From: Trueperaceae bacterium
Lineage (GTDB): Bacteria; Deinococcota; Deinococci; Deinococcales; Trueperaceae
Assembly: GCA_965215565.1 (NCBI GenBank)
Contig: CBDCDZ010000004.1
Span: 32,001 to 96,000, forward strand
Length of the DNA stretch: 64,000 nucleotides
Direction: 5' to 3'
The notes under the pieces were generated by a model. It did not search any database and was not told where the DNA came from. It was given only the letters and a program-made list of their open reading frames with translations. Positions 29,452 through 37,576 of this stretch are shown in pieces. The translations under genes were made by a program, and so were the position numbers. Within the stretch, counting starts at the first letter, position 1; the number at the start of each line of letters is the position of its first letter.

Positions 29452-29988
29452 CTAGTGGTTGTCGATACCCTCAAACGCCTCCAAGAACGCCCGCATCTCG
29501 GTTTCATTCACCTCTTCGAAGGTCTGCTTGCGCTGCCAGGCGGTAAGGGCATAAGGGGTTTCTAGATCTTGGCGCGGCGCGATAACGGTGCGGCGGTAGC
29601 CCTGGGCGACCTCCTCGAGCCGCTCGATATTGGCTAAATTCTCCTCGTGCGTGCCCATCTTGTACCAAAGGATGACGCCGCCGTCCTCCATGTTGTGCAG
29701 CAAAACCTCGTCCGGGACGACGTAGTCGTAAGAGCCCCAGTCAGCCAAATAGCCGACGTGCCAGCCCGAGGTGGGTGGGTTGCTGTTGTAGGCGGGATGG
29801 TCAGCCGAAGTGTCGGCGATGTGCGTGTTGCCCTGGTCGGCGAAGCGTTCACCAGGCAAGTCGGCGCTTTGCACTCGGTTCATCACGATGAAGCCGACGA
29901 TTAAGAGCACGACACCTCCTGTGATGAGTCCCATGATGAGGTTGAGTCGGTTGTTTGCTGAATTGCGCCTCGTTTGTCTTGTTGCCAT
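29452..29988 (-). CDS. DUF3105-family membrane-anchored protein
   Basis: YNSNPPTSGWH, LLHNMEDGGVILWY and ALTAW. Confidence 0.85.
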   Translation of the reverse strand: MATRQTRRNSANNRLNLIMGLITGGVVLLIVGFIVMNRVQSADLPGERFADQGNTHIADTSADHPAYNSNPPTSGWHVGYLADWGSYDYVVPDEVLLHNMEDGGVILWYKMGTHEENLANIERLEEVAQGYRRTVIAPRQDLETPYALTAWQRKQTFEEVNETEMRAFLEAFEGIDNH

Positions 29989-30072
29989 AAGGGTCCTTCC
30001 TCTTTCGGTGTACGCTGCCTAAACTGTTTAGAAGCAAGGGTGAAGCGTGTCACGTACGCTCTGAAGTATCTC

Positions 30073-30105
30073 AGCGTAGCAGCGGAGTGTAAAGCCCTTA
30101 TAAAG
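30073..30105 (-). promoter_or_regulatory. Putative OmpR-family tandem box plus -10 (copy 2), upstream of the DUF3105-hydrolase-RR-HK operon
   Basis: Minus strand CTTTATA-aggg-CTTTACA-N9-TACGCT. Confidence 0.65.
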
Positions 30106-30171
30106 CTCGAGAGTTTCTGCCCGTTGAGGTGTAGGAGCAGGTATAGTTCTTTTAGAGAGGGAGGTGGGTCG

Positions 30172-33100
30172 TTGGGAGTTGAGGTGCAAGCAAGTGATAA
30201 ATCAGCCCACCGCGTTCTAGCCTATTGGCACGCGAGCCTCGCCGACGCCACCCTGCCGACCTTAGACCCACAAGGAGGGGAAAGTGTCCCATTGGCAGAC
30301 ATAGCGAAAGGCGTGTTACCCAGCGAGGTCACCTCCAAGCTCCGAGGCGCAGAAACCGCAGGAGTGCAAGCTGAGCAAGCGCTGAGCGTTAATATTATCC
30401 CCTTCGTGGCTCGAAAAGCGCAGCGAGGTCGTGCGAGGAGGGATAGGTTCGTCTGTCCTCTCATCATTCCAGCAGAAGTGAACGCTGACGGAGTGCTCCA
30501 GCCACCCTCCGAAGAGGCGCTGCCCTGGATGCCTCGGACCTGGCTCGAGCCCGTTGCCACGAGTGACGTTGTGCTAGGTAATGTGAACGCTTTAGAAGCG
30601 TACCTGACGACACACCTCTTGACCTTGCCGGAGGACACTGGCGAAGCGTGGAAGGCGCTTCTCCTCTACGCTCAGAAGATGTTGGGGTACGTGTCAAAAG
30701 ATACTTGGCGCGCGGCGCTCGAAGACCTCGACTATAAGTTGCTGGACGACGCCTTCATCGTCCAAGAGGGTGAGGTGAAGAGTTTTGGGAGGAATATCAG
30801 CTTGGTTTACGAGCAGCTCGCGAAACGTCGTGAGCTTCCTGGGCTGGTCCAGACCTATACCCGAGCGGCTCCTACCGAACCCGAGCCCCATCTGAAGCCG
30901 GAGGCGTGGCGAGAGCCCGCAAAGCGTCACCTGGGCAGCTTCGGTAATAAAACTGCCTTGTCGCCTTCGCAGCGAGAGTCGCTCCTCCACGCCTTGCAGA
31001 TGCGCTACGCCGAGGTACTCGCCGTGAGCGGTCCACCTGGCACAGGTAAAACCACCCTGATACAGAGCGTTGTTGCGTCCGCGTGGGTAGCGGCGGCGCT
31101 GGAGGAACGAGCCGCGCCCGTCATCGTCGTCACCTCTACTAACAATCAAGCGGTCACGAACGTGCTGGACAGCTTTGCTAAAGCGCGGCAGGTGAAGCGC
31201 TGGCTCCCCGAGCCTGTGACAGGGTTCGGTCTCTACCTCATCAATCAGGGCAACAAACAAAAAGACGCTTTGAGGCGGGGCATCCCGGTTGTCGACAAAA
31301 AGGGTAAAGGGTTCCCTCAGAGCCTCGAGCACGCCGGCTTCTTCCACCCAGCCAAAGCGCATTTCCTGAGCGAGTGTTCGCACTTCTTCGGCAAGGAAGT
31401 GCGAACACTCAGCCAAGCAACTGACCTGCTCCACGCGCAACTTAAATCTTTAGCTGACCGCTTGAATAATGGGGTGGACTGCGCCTACACCCTCGCCAAC
31501 CTTAGAGCCCGCGTAAAGGACTACGGCGAGGGGGCGGGAAAAGACGATCTAAGCGAGCTTGTGAGGGAAGCGCACGCTGCATTTGAGCAGCGTCAGGCGG
31601 AAGTAGAGAGGTTAGAGGGGGTCAAAACGCGGTGGATACAGTACGTCGCCAACGAATCTATCTTCTACAGCCTCTTTCCCGTAAACCTTCTCCTGAGAGA
31701 AAAAAGAATGCGGAAGCGTCAACTCTTCTGGCGCACGCATCTGTTGGAGCGCAGCGAAAGTGACGACCCCAGCGCTGATTTAGAAAAGATGCTCGTTCAG
31801 ATAAGAGCAGAGGCTCTAAAAGCTCAGCAGCAGTTGGAGGAAGCCGAGCGTCTGCTTAGTGCGCTGAGGCGAGCGGAGCAGAACTGGAGGGCGTGGTGCG
31901 ATGAGGTAGGCGCTAACATAGATGTTGGCTCGGACGTTAATTTAGATATTGCGCAGCTTTATATGCTCGAGACAACTGACGGAAAAACAAACGGTGCATG
32001 TCTGCACAACTGGCTAGACACACGCCTACGCTTCGACCTCTTCAACTTGGCGACGCACCTCTTCGAAAGTCGCTGGCTGAGAGAGGTCGAAGAGAGTGAC
32101 CTCTTAGAACCTGACCACAAACCCAGCCGAGCGCGGGGCGCACAGGAGGAGAAGTGGCGGCGTTACGCTATGCTCACCCCTTGCTTTGTGACGACGATAT
32201 ATACAGGACCTGGCTTCTTCGACTACTACACTGGTGAGGCGAGGGCGCTGTTCAACTTTATCGACCTGCTTATTGTAGATGAGGCGGGGCAGGTCGCCCC
32301 CGAAGTGTCGGGGGGCATGATGGCGCTGGCAAAAAAGGCGCTGATCATAGGCGACAGCAAACAGTTAGAGCCCGTTTGGAGCATCGAGGAGAAGGTCGAC
32401 CGGGCGAACTTGAAAAGGCACTGCCTGGCGGATAATGACGAGCGTTTTGAAGCACTAAAAAAGGCGGGTTTTTTGGCGAGTTCTGGGTCCGTAATGCAGC
32501 TCGCGCAGTGCACATCAAAGTATCAGGAACACTCGGTAATAACTCGCGAAAGGGGCATGTTCCTAGCCGAGCATTACCGCTGCGCCCCCAAAATTATCGC
32601 CTACTGTGATGAGTTAGCTTACGCGGGCAAGCTGCGCCCTAAGCGCGACGTGAAGTTGCACCCCTGGACACACTTGGGTTATGTCCATGTCAAAGGGGAG
32701 TCTTTACAAACGGCGGGACGTAGTCGCTACAACAAGCGTGAGGCGAAGACGCTAGTTACGTGGCTCTCCGAAAACCGTGACGCACTCTTAGCACACTACC
32801 AAAAGAACAACTTAAGCGATGTGGTGAGCGTGATTACACCCTTTAAGGCGCAGGCTAGAACTATTATAGAAGCGTTAGCGGAGAACGGCTTAGCGCTCGA
32901 AAAGGTAGGAACAGTTCACACCCTTCAAGGCGCAGAACGACCTTTCGTCCTCTTCTCGCCTGTTTACACCAGCCGCTTTGAAGGAACACCTTTTTTTGAC
33001 CGAGGTGTGAACATGCTCAACGTCGCCGTGTCGCGGGCGCAAGACAGCTTTTTCGTCTTCGGCGACATGGACATCTTCGACCCTGCATTGCAGAGCCCGT

Positions 33101-33669
33101 CGGGGTTCCTAGCGCGTCACCTCTTCGCGGACCGCGCTCATGAGATAAGCAAGGCGACATTGCCAGAGCGCACCTCGGCGGAAGTTGCAGAGACAGTTAC
33201 GCCCGTTCGAGATTTGGAAACGCATAGGGCTGTACTTTCGAAAGCCCTCAAGCAGGTAGAGAAGGCGTTGGTCATCGTGTCACCCTTTTTAGGGCAGTCG
33301 GCTGTTGACGCAGACGCCATTTGCGTCAAGTTAAGCGCTGCAAAAGCGCGCGGCGCTGAAGTGACCATCTACGTAGACGACGGCTTCACCGAAAACCTCG
33401 AAAAAGGCTCCGCCAAACGTGCTGCCGCCGTGCTGCAGAGGAGCGGCGCGACGCTCAAGGTGTGCCACAACATCCACTCGAAGATTATTTGTATAGATGA
33501 GCGGGTGTTCGTCGAGGGCTCGTTTAACTGGCTCTCCGCAAGTCGCCAGGAAAAGTACGCCCGCTACGACTACTCGCTTATCTACGTGGGCGCGTCAGTA
33601 GCCCAGTTCATCAAGGAGACTCTGCAAGACCTCGAGCAAAGAGTTGTCAAGGTGCTGCGAAGCCGCTAA
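30172..33669 (+). CDS. SF1 (DNA2/NAM7/Upf1-like) helicase with C-terminal PLD-like nuclease domain
   Basis: SGPPGTGKTT, STNNQAV, IVDEAGQ, GDSKQLEP, EHYRC, GTVHTLQGAE and NVAVSRA; C-terminal HSKIICID (HxKxxxxD) plus GSFNW. Start uncertain (TTG 30172 after GGAGG). Confidence 0.9.
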   Translation: MGVEVQASDKSAHRVLAYWHASLADATLPTLDPQGGESVPLADIAKGVLPSEVTSKLRGAETAGVQAEQALSVNIIPFVARKAQRGRARRDRFVCPLIIPAEVNADGVLQPPSEEALPWMPRTWLEPVATSDVVLGNVNALEAYLTTHLLTLPEDTGEAWKALLLYAQKMLGYVSKDTWRAALEDLDYKLLDDAFIVQEGEVKSFGRNISLVYEQLAKRRELPGLVQTYTRAAPTEPEPHLKPEAWREPAKRHLGSFGNKTALSPSQRESLLHALQMRYAEVLAVSGPPGTGKTTLIQSVVASAWVAAALEERAAPVIVVTSTNNQAVTNVLDSFAKARQVKRWLPEPVTGFGLYLINQGNKQKDALRRGIPVVDKKGKGFPQSLEHAGFFHPAKAHFLSECSHFFGKEVRTLSQATDLLHAQLKSLADRLNNGVDCAYTLANLRARVKDYGEGAGKDDLSELVREAHAAFEQRQAEVERLEGVKTRWIQYVANESIFYSLFPVNLLLREKRMRKRQLFWRTHLLERSESDDPSADLEKMLVQIRAEALKAQQQLEEAERLLSALRRAEQNWRAWCDEVGANIDVGSDVNLDIAQLYMLETTDGKTNGACLHNWLDTRLRFDLFNLATHLFESRWLREVEESDLLEPDHKPSRARGAQEEKWRRYAMLTPCFVTTIYTGPGFFDYYTGEARALFNFIDLLIVDEAGQVAPEVSGGMMALAKKALIIGDSKQLEPVWSIEEKVDRANLKRHCLADNDERFEALKKAGFLASSGSVMQLAQCTSKYQEHSVITRERGMFLAEHYRCAPKIIAYCDELAYAGKLRPKRDVKLHPWTHLGYVHVKGESLQTAGRSRYNKREAKTLVTWLSENRDALLAHYQKNNLSDVVSVITPFKAQARTIIEALAENGLALEKVGTVHTLQGAERPFVLFSPVYTSRFEGTPFFDRGVNMLNVAVSRAQDSFFVFGDMDIFDPALQSPSGFLARHLFADRAHEISKATLPERTSAEVAETVTPVRDLETHRAVLSKALKQVEKALVIVSPFLGQSAVDADAICVKLSAAKARGAEVTIYVDDGFTENLEKGSAKRAAAVLQRSGATLKVCHNIHSKIICIDERVFVEGSFNWLSASRQEKYARYDYSLIYVGASVAQFIKETLQDLEQRVVKVLRSR

Positions 33670-33704
33670 GCTGGTTTACTGCTACCTCTTTGCCTAAATA
33701 GTTC

Positions 33705-34124
33705 CTACTCACCAAGGTCACCCGGCTGCATTGCACGCTGCTGCGGATCCCACCACCTTTTGACGTAACTGATGACCGCGTCAACCTCTTCGTCCGTCCA
33801 ATCCGCCGCCACCGCTGGCATCCCCATCCCGCCGTAGCGAATCTGATTGATGAGGTAGCCGTCATCGTGATGCCACGAATGGGCGCTGCCGTCGAGACCG
33901 GGTGCGCCTATTTGCATGTTGCCCTGACCGTTTGCGCCGTGACAGCTCGCGCAGTTCGCGGCGTACTTCTGCTCGCCAAGCTCGAGCACCTCCGCGCTCA
34001 CAGTCTGCGCCTGCACCGGGCGGTTTTGCAGCACGCGGAAGCCGATGAGCGAGCCAACACCTACGATAATGAGTAGCGTCACGCCGACCGGAAAACGGGA
34101 TTTCTTACGTTTGTTTCTTGTCAT
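33705..34124 (-). CDS. Membrane-anchored monoheme cytochrome c
   Basis: N-terminal TM, CASCH, APGLDGSAHSWHH and GMPA. Confidence 0.9.
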   Translation of the reverse strand: MTRNKRKKSRFPVGVTLLIIVGVGSLIGFRVLQNRPVQAQTVSAEVLELGEQKYAANCASCHGANGQGNMQIGAPGLDGSAHSWHHDDGYLINQIRYGGMGMPAVAADWTDEEVDAVISYVKRWWDPQQRAMQPGDLGE

Positions 34125-34173
34125 AATGTCCTTTCGTTAAACGCCCTCGTTTCTGAGAACAAAGGCGAACCAT

Positions 34174-35117
34174 TCACTCCTGCGCTAAACTTGTGACGTA
34201 CGCAACGACGCTGTCCAACTCGTCCGCGCTGAGCAGGCTGCCAAAGCCGGGCATCATGCCGCGCCCGTACTGGACGGTGCTCCGCACCATCTCGGTGTTC
34301 GCGATGCGCTGACTGCCCGCGAGCCTCGGACCTGCGCCCCCTTGCGCGTTTGCTCCGTGACAGCTCGCGCAGTTCGCCGCAAACAAGGACGCGCCGCTCG
34401 AGACCGTCGTCGCTTGCACAGGGTTTTGCATGGGGTCTTGCGCCGTGTTTTGCGTTCCCTCTTGAGCAGTTGCGGGTGGGCGTGTTGCGGTGGAGGACGT
34501 CCGGTTTACCTCGGGCAGCGGCGTCTGTGCCAGCGCCTCAGGCGCTTCACCCTGCTGCCGCGCTTCGGCTTGGGCAATGAGGCTCGGCACACGCCCCGCC
34601 TGTTCGGGTCCGCCCGCCACCTCGACGTAGCGCTGCCACGTGCGGATCGCCTGACTGTCATCGCCTAGTGAGAAGTAAGCGTTGCCTAAGAAGAGGAGCG
34701 TGTCTAAGTCGTTCGGCGCGAGGATGGTAGCGCGGTTTAGGGCGATGACGGCGCGTTCGGCGTCCCCCGCGAAGAAAAGGGCTTGACCGACGCGGCTCAG
34801 GGCTCGAGGGTTCTCCGCCTCCAACTTTGTTATCACCTCGCTGTAGAGATTCGCGGCGCGGTTGCGCTCCTCCAAGTTCCAAAAGGCGTCGGCGAGCGCC
34901 ATCAGGTTCGCTTCGCTGCGCTCGGTCTCCACGGCTGCGCTGAGCGGCGCTAGGGTGCGGGCGTTCTCAGCGAACGTCCTCGCCGTTTCATCCCCTTCAC
35001 TCGTCGAATTCAAAAAGCTCTCGAACGCAGTTGCCGACCCTTCCATGTCGCCCAGGTAGTAGAGCACTTCGCCCAGGGTGTAGCGGGCTTCGCTGTCTTT
35101 GGGGTCGCTTTGTAAGG
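34174..35117 (-). pseudogene. 5'-truncated TPR + cytochrome c protein (CycH/CcmI-like)
   Basis: TPR helices and C-terminal CASCH..GMMPGF. TPR-like sequence continues upstream of 35067 (LQSDPKDSEARYTLGEV) up to the ccmF junction; no signal or anchor. Confidence 0.75.
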
Positions 35118-35414
35118 CTCCAAGATGGAACCGTCTAACGCCGCCCAGAGCGTGACGACCTTGACCCAGGTGGGAGAAGCGGTGCTCGAGGTATTCGCCA
35201 CGTACCCCACGCCGAAGTCATCTGTAAGGAGAGCAAGCTCCAAGAGCGCCATCGCCACAGTAAGCGCGAGTGCGACGGCTACCGCGCTTAGCCGCGCCGA
35301 GGCCACGAGGTTTGCGTCGCGCCGCCACGTGCCGATCACGCCCGCGAAGACGCCGTATACGCTCATGCCGAGCGCTAGGAGAACTGACGCAGTTCCGAGA
35401 GGTTCGAGAATCAT
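35118..35414 (-). pseudogene. ccmF: Heme lyase CcmF N-terminal fragment
   Basis: LLTDDFGVGYVANTSS..KVVTLWAALDGSIL matches the CcmF N-terminus; similarity stops after about 98 codons. Confidence 0.85.
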
Positions 35415-35420
35415 AGGGGC

Positions 35421-35453
35421 AGCGTAGTGATGAAATGTTAAATGCGAATAAAG
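35421..35453 (-). promoter_or_regulatory. Putative OmpR-family tandem box plus -10 (copy 3); leaderless ccmF promoter
   Basis: Minus strand CTTTATT-cgca-TTTAACA-N9-TACGCT-N6-ATG. Confidence 0.7.
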
Positions 35454-35659
35454 TGACTTCGTTCACAACCCGATTAGGCGCGTAGAGCAGGAACCTCCAC
35501 TCCCTCGAAAGTGTGCAGTTCTCCACTGGTCTGCCATATGCGCCTCCGTTTGGCTTCTTAGACTTGATGGTTGCCTTGGCTGCGTTCAGACGCGGCGTTT
35601 TGACAGCAGTTATGCGAGTCCACATAAGTTATGCGCAGTTGTTATAAAGACAGCTACAT

Positions 35660-35692
35660 CTTTACGTAAACGAAACATTTCAATACTAAGCT
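35660..35692 (+). promoter_or_regulatory. Putative OmpR-family tandem box plus -10 (copy 4)
   Basis: CTTTACG-taaa-CGAAACA-N9-TAAGCT upstream of the AAGGAG RBS of the second SHOCT gene. Confidence 0.65.
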
Positions 35693-35717
35693 CGGTTTAG
35701 AGAAAGGAGCCAACATC

Positions 35718-35984
35718 ATGATGGGTAATGGTATGGAATTCGGTATGGGCTTTGGGGGCTTGTGGATGCTCCTCTTACTGATTTTAGCGGTTGTTTTGAT
35801 CGTCTGGCTAGTTCGGTCGGCGGGATCACGGCATACGAGCGCGTCACAAAGCCAAAGTGCAGAGCGTGAGAGCGCGGTAGAGGTTGCCGAGCGGCGCTAC
35901 GCCAGTGGCGAGATCAGCCAGGAAGCGTTGCCCGAGATGGGCAGCCTGAACCGCGAGTCGCCTGGCGCAACATCGTCAATGTGA
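35718..35984 (+). CDS. SHOCT-domain membrane protein, C-terminus apparently replaced by a deletion fusion
   Basis: MMGNGMEFGMG, TM and AVEVAERRYASGEISQE, then an unrelated tail. Confidence 0.75.
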   Translation: MMGNGMEFGMGFGGLWMLLLLILAVVLIVWLVRSAGSRHTSASQSQSAERESAVEVAERRYASGEISQEALPEMGSLNRESPGATSSM

Positions 35985-36109
35985 GAGCGAACTCGAGCGC
36001 CGACATCCTCATCCCCTTTACCGACTACTCCGGCAAAACTGTGTTTCACTGCCACATCTTGGAGCACGAGGACCAAGGCATGATGAGCGTCGTGGATGTT
36101 GCGAGCTAA
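35927..36109 (+). pseudogene. Multicopper oxidase C-terminal fragment
   Basis: Reads VARDGQPEPRVAWRNIVNV..GKTVFHCHILEHEDQGMMSVVDVAS*, containing the HCHxxxHxxxGM copper signature. Not in the ORF track because it has no start. Confidence 0.9.
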
Positions 36110-36166
36110 CATCGTCAGTTATCTGCGTTTGTAATATCTCCATTTGACGCGGCTTTACCATTGGGA

Positions 36167-36191
36167 TAATATACCCCCTATGGGTATATTA
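36167..36191. promoter_or_regulatory. CsoR/CstR-type operator overlapping -10 and start codon
   Basis: TAATATACCC-cctat-GGGTATATTA has perfect 10-bp arms; TTGACG(36144)-N17-TAATAT-N7-ATG. Confidence 0.75.
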
Positions 36192-36743
36192 GATTTCCTC
36201 ACACAACCGTGGCCTTGGTACGTCGCCGGACCGCTCATCGGTCTGATCGTACCGGGGCTCCTCCTTTTGGGCAACAAGGACTTTGGCGTCTCTGCCAACT
36301 TGCGCCACGCCTGCGCCATCGTGCCGAACAAGATCGACTTCTTCAATTACGATTGGCGCAAAGCGGGTACGTGGAACCTCGTCTTCGCCTTGGGCGTTGT
36401 GTTGGGCGGTGTCTTGGGCGGCGTCCTACTTGCCAACCCGGAGCCCGTTCAGGTAGCAAACGCGACGCAAGCAGAGCTAGCAGAACTGGGTATCCCTGTA
36501 GATGGAAACCTCGCGCCAACATCCGTGTTCGGACTTACTAACCTCTTGACCTTGCGCGGCTGGCTCATTACGTTGGGCGGCGGCTTCCTCATCGGCTTCG
36601 GTGCACGCTACGCGGGCGGCTGCACCTCGGGTCACGCGATCAGCGGTCTAGCCAGTTTGCAGCTTCCCTCACTCGTCGCGGTGATCGGCTTTTTTATCGG
36701 CGGGCTCGTCATGACTTATCTGCTCTTTCCGCTCATCTTTTAG
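36180..36743 (+). CDS. YeeE/YedE-family sulfur-compound transporter subunit
   Basis: QPWPWYVAGPLIG, FGVSANLRHAC and GARYAGGCTSGHAISG. Confidence 0.9.
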   Translation: MGILDFLTQPWPWYVAGPLIGLIVPGLLLLGNKDFGVSANLRHACAIVPNKIDFFNYDWRKAGTWNLVFALGVVLGGVLGGVLLANPEPVQVANATQAELAELGIPVDGNLAPTSVFGLTNLLTLRGWLITLGGGFLIGFGARYAGGCTSGHAISGLASLQLPSLVAVIGFFIGGLVMTYLLFPLIF

Positions 36744-36752
36744 GAGGCTTTA

Positions 36753-37238
36753 ATGGACGCAAACATAACAGCTCAGACCACCTCAGAACACAAAAACCGC
36801 GAAGTAGCGCGCAAGGACCCCGTTACCGCCTACTTTCCTTACCTCTTCGCAGGTATATTGTTCGGCTTCGTGGCGGTGCGCTCCGAGATCATCTCCTGGT
36901 ACCGTATTCAAGAGATGTTTCGCTTCGACTCGTTCCACATGTACGGTGTGATTGGCTCGGCGGTGCTGGTTGCGGCGCTCTCGGTGTGGCTCATCAAAAG
37001 GTTCAACCTCAAAACATTTAAGGGCGAAACGATCACCTTTGCGCCCAAGGCGACACCCTATACGCGCTACATTGTCGGGGGCACCATCTTCGGGCTCGGC
37101 TGGGCGCTCACCGGCGCGTGTCCCGGTCCCATCTTGGCGCTCATTGGCGCGGGCTTGCCTGCGTTTCTCGTGGTACTTGTGGGGGCTGTTCTAGGCACGT
37201 ATGTTTATGGACGGTTAAGACGCAAGCTGCCGCATTAA
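36753..37238 (+). CDS. YeeE/YedE-family partner subunit
   Basis: ISWYRIQEMFRFDSFHMYG and GWALTGACPGP. Confidence 0.9.
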   Translation: MDANITAQTTSEHKNREVARKDPVTAYFPYLFAGILFGFVAVRSEIISWYRIQEMFRFDSFHMYGVIGSAVLVAALSVWLIKRFNLKTFKGETITFAPKATPYTRYIVGGTIFGLGWALTGACPGPILALIGAGLPAFLVVLVGAVLGTYVYGRLRRKLPH

Positions 37239-37255
37239 ACCTTTCCAGATGACTA

Positions 37256-37284
37256 AAGCCGCGCTTACTGAGCGCGGCTTTTTT
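37256..37284 (+). terminator. Intrinsic terminator
   Basis: AAAGCCGCGC-ttactga-GCGCGGCTTT followed by more T. Confidence 0.85.
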
Positions 37285-37410
37285 GTGTCTAATAGTAGGG
37301 ACGCGCACTCTGAGGGCTCGAGTTCACCTCGTCCCTTCTTCCGCGTTTGTTGAGGCTCGGTATGCCGCTTGCGCGGGTCAATCCGCTGGCCGAGCGTTCT
37401 ACGCCACGTT

Positions 37411-37576
37411 ATACCGTTTCCGGTTAATTCCTAAAGGAATTCCGAGCAGAGCGAGTTGAAAAGACTATGGATTTCGGTGAGTACGGAATCAACTCCGACT
37501 CCAACGAAGCGCGTAGCGTTTGCCGGAGGCAAAACTTCGTAACGGAGTTTATGTAGTAATCAATCGAAATCCGTAT
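37411..37576. mobile_element. 166-bp MITE-like small non-coding repeat
   Basis: Ends ATACCGTTTCCG and CGAAATCCGTAT (imperfect TIR); internal CCGAGCAGAGCGAGT. Resembles Deinococcus ATACGG..CCGTAT repeats as I recall them. Confidence 0.65.
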
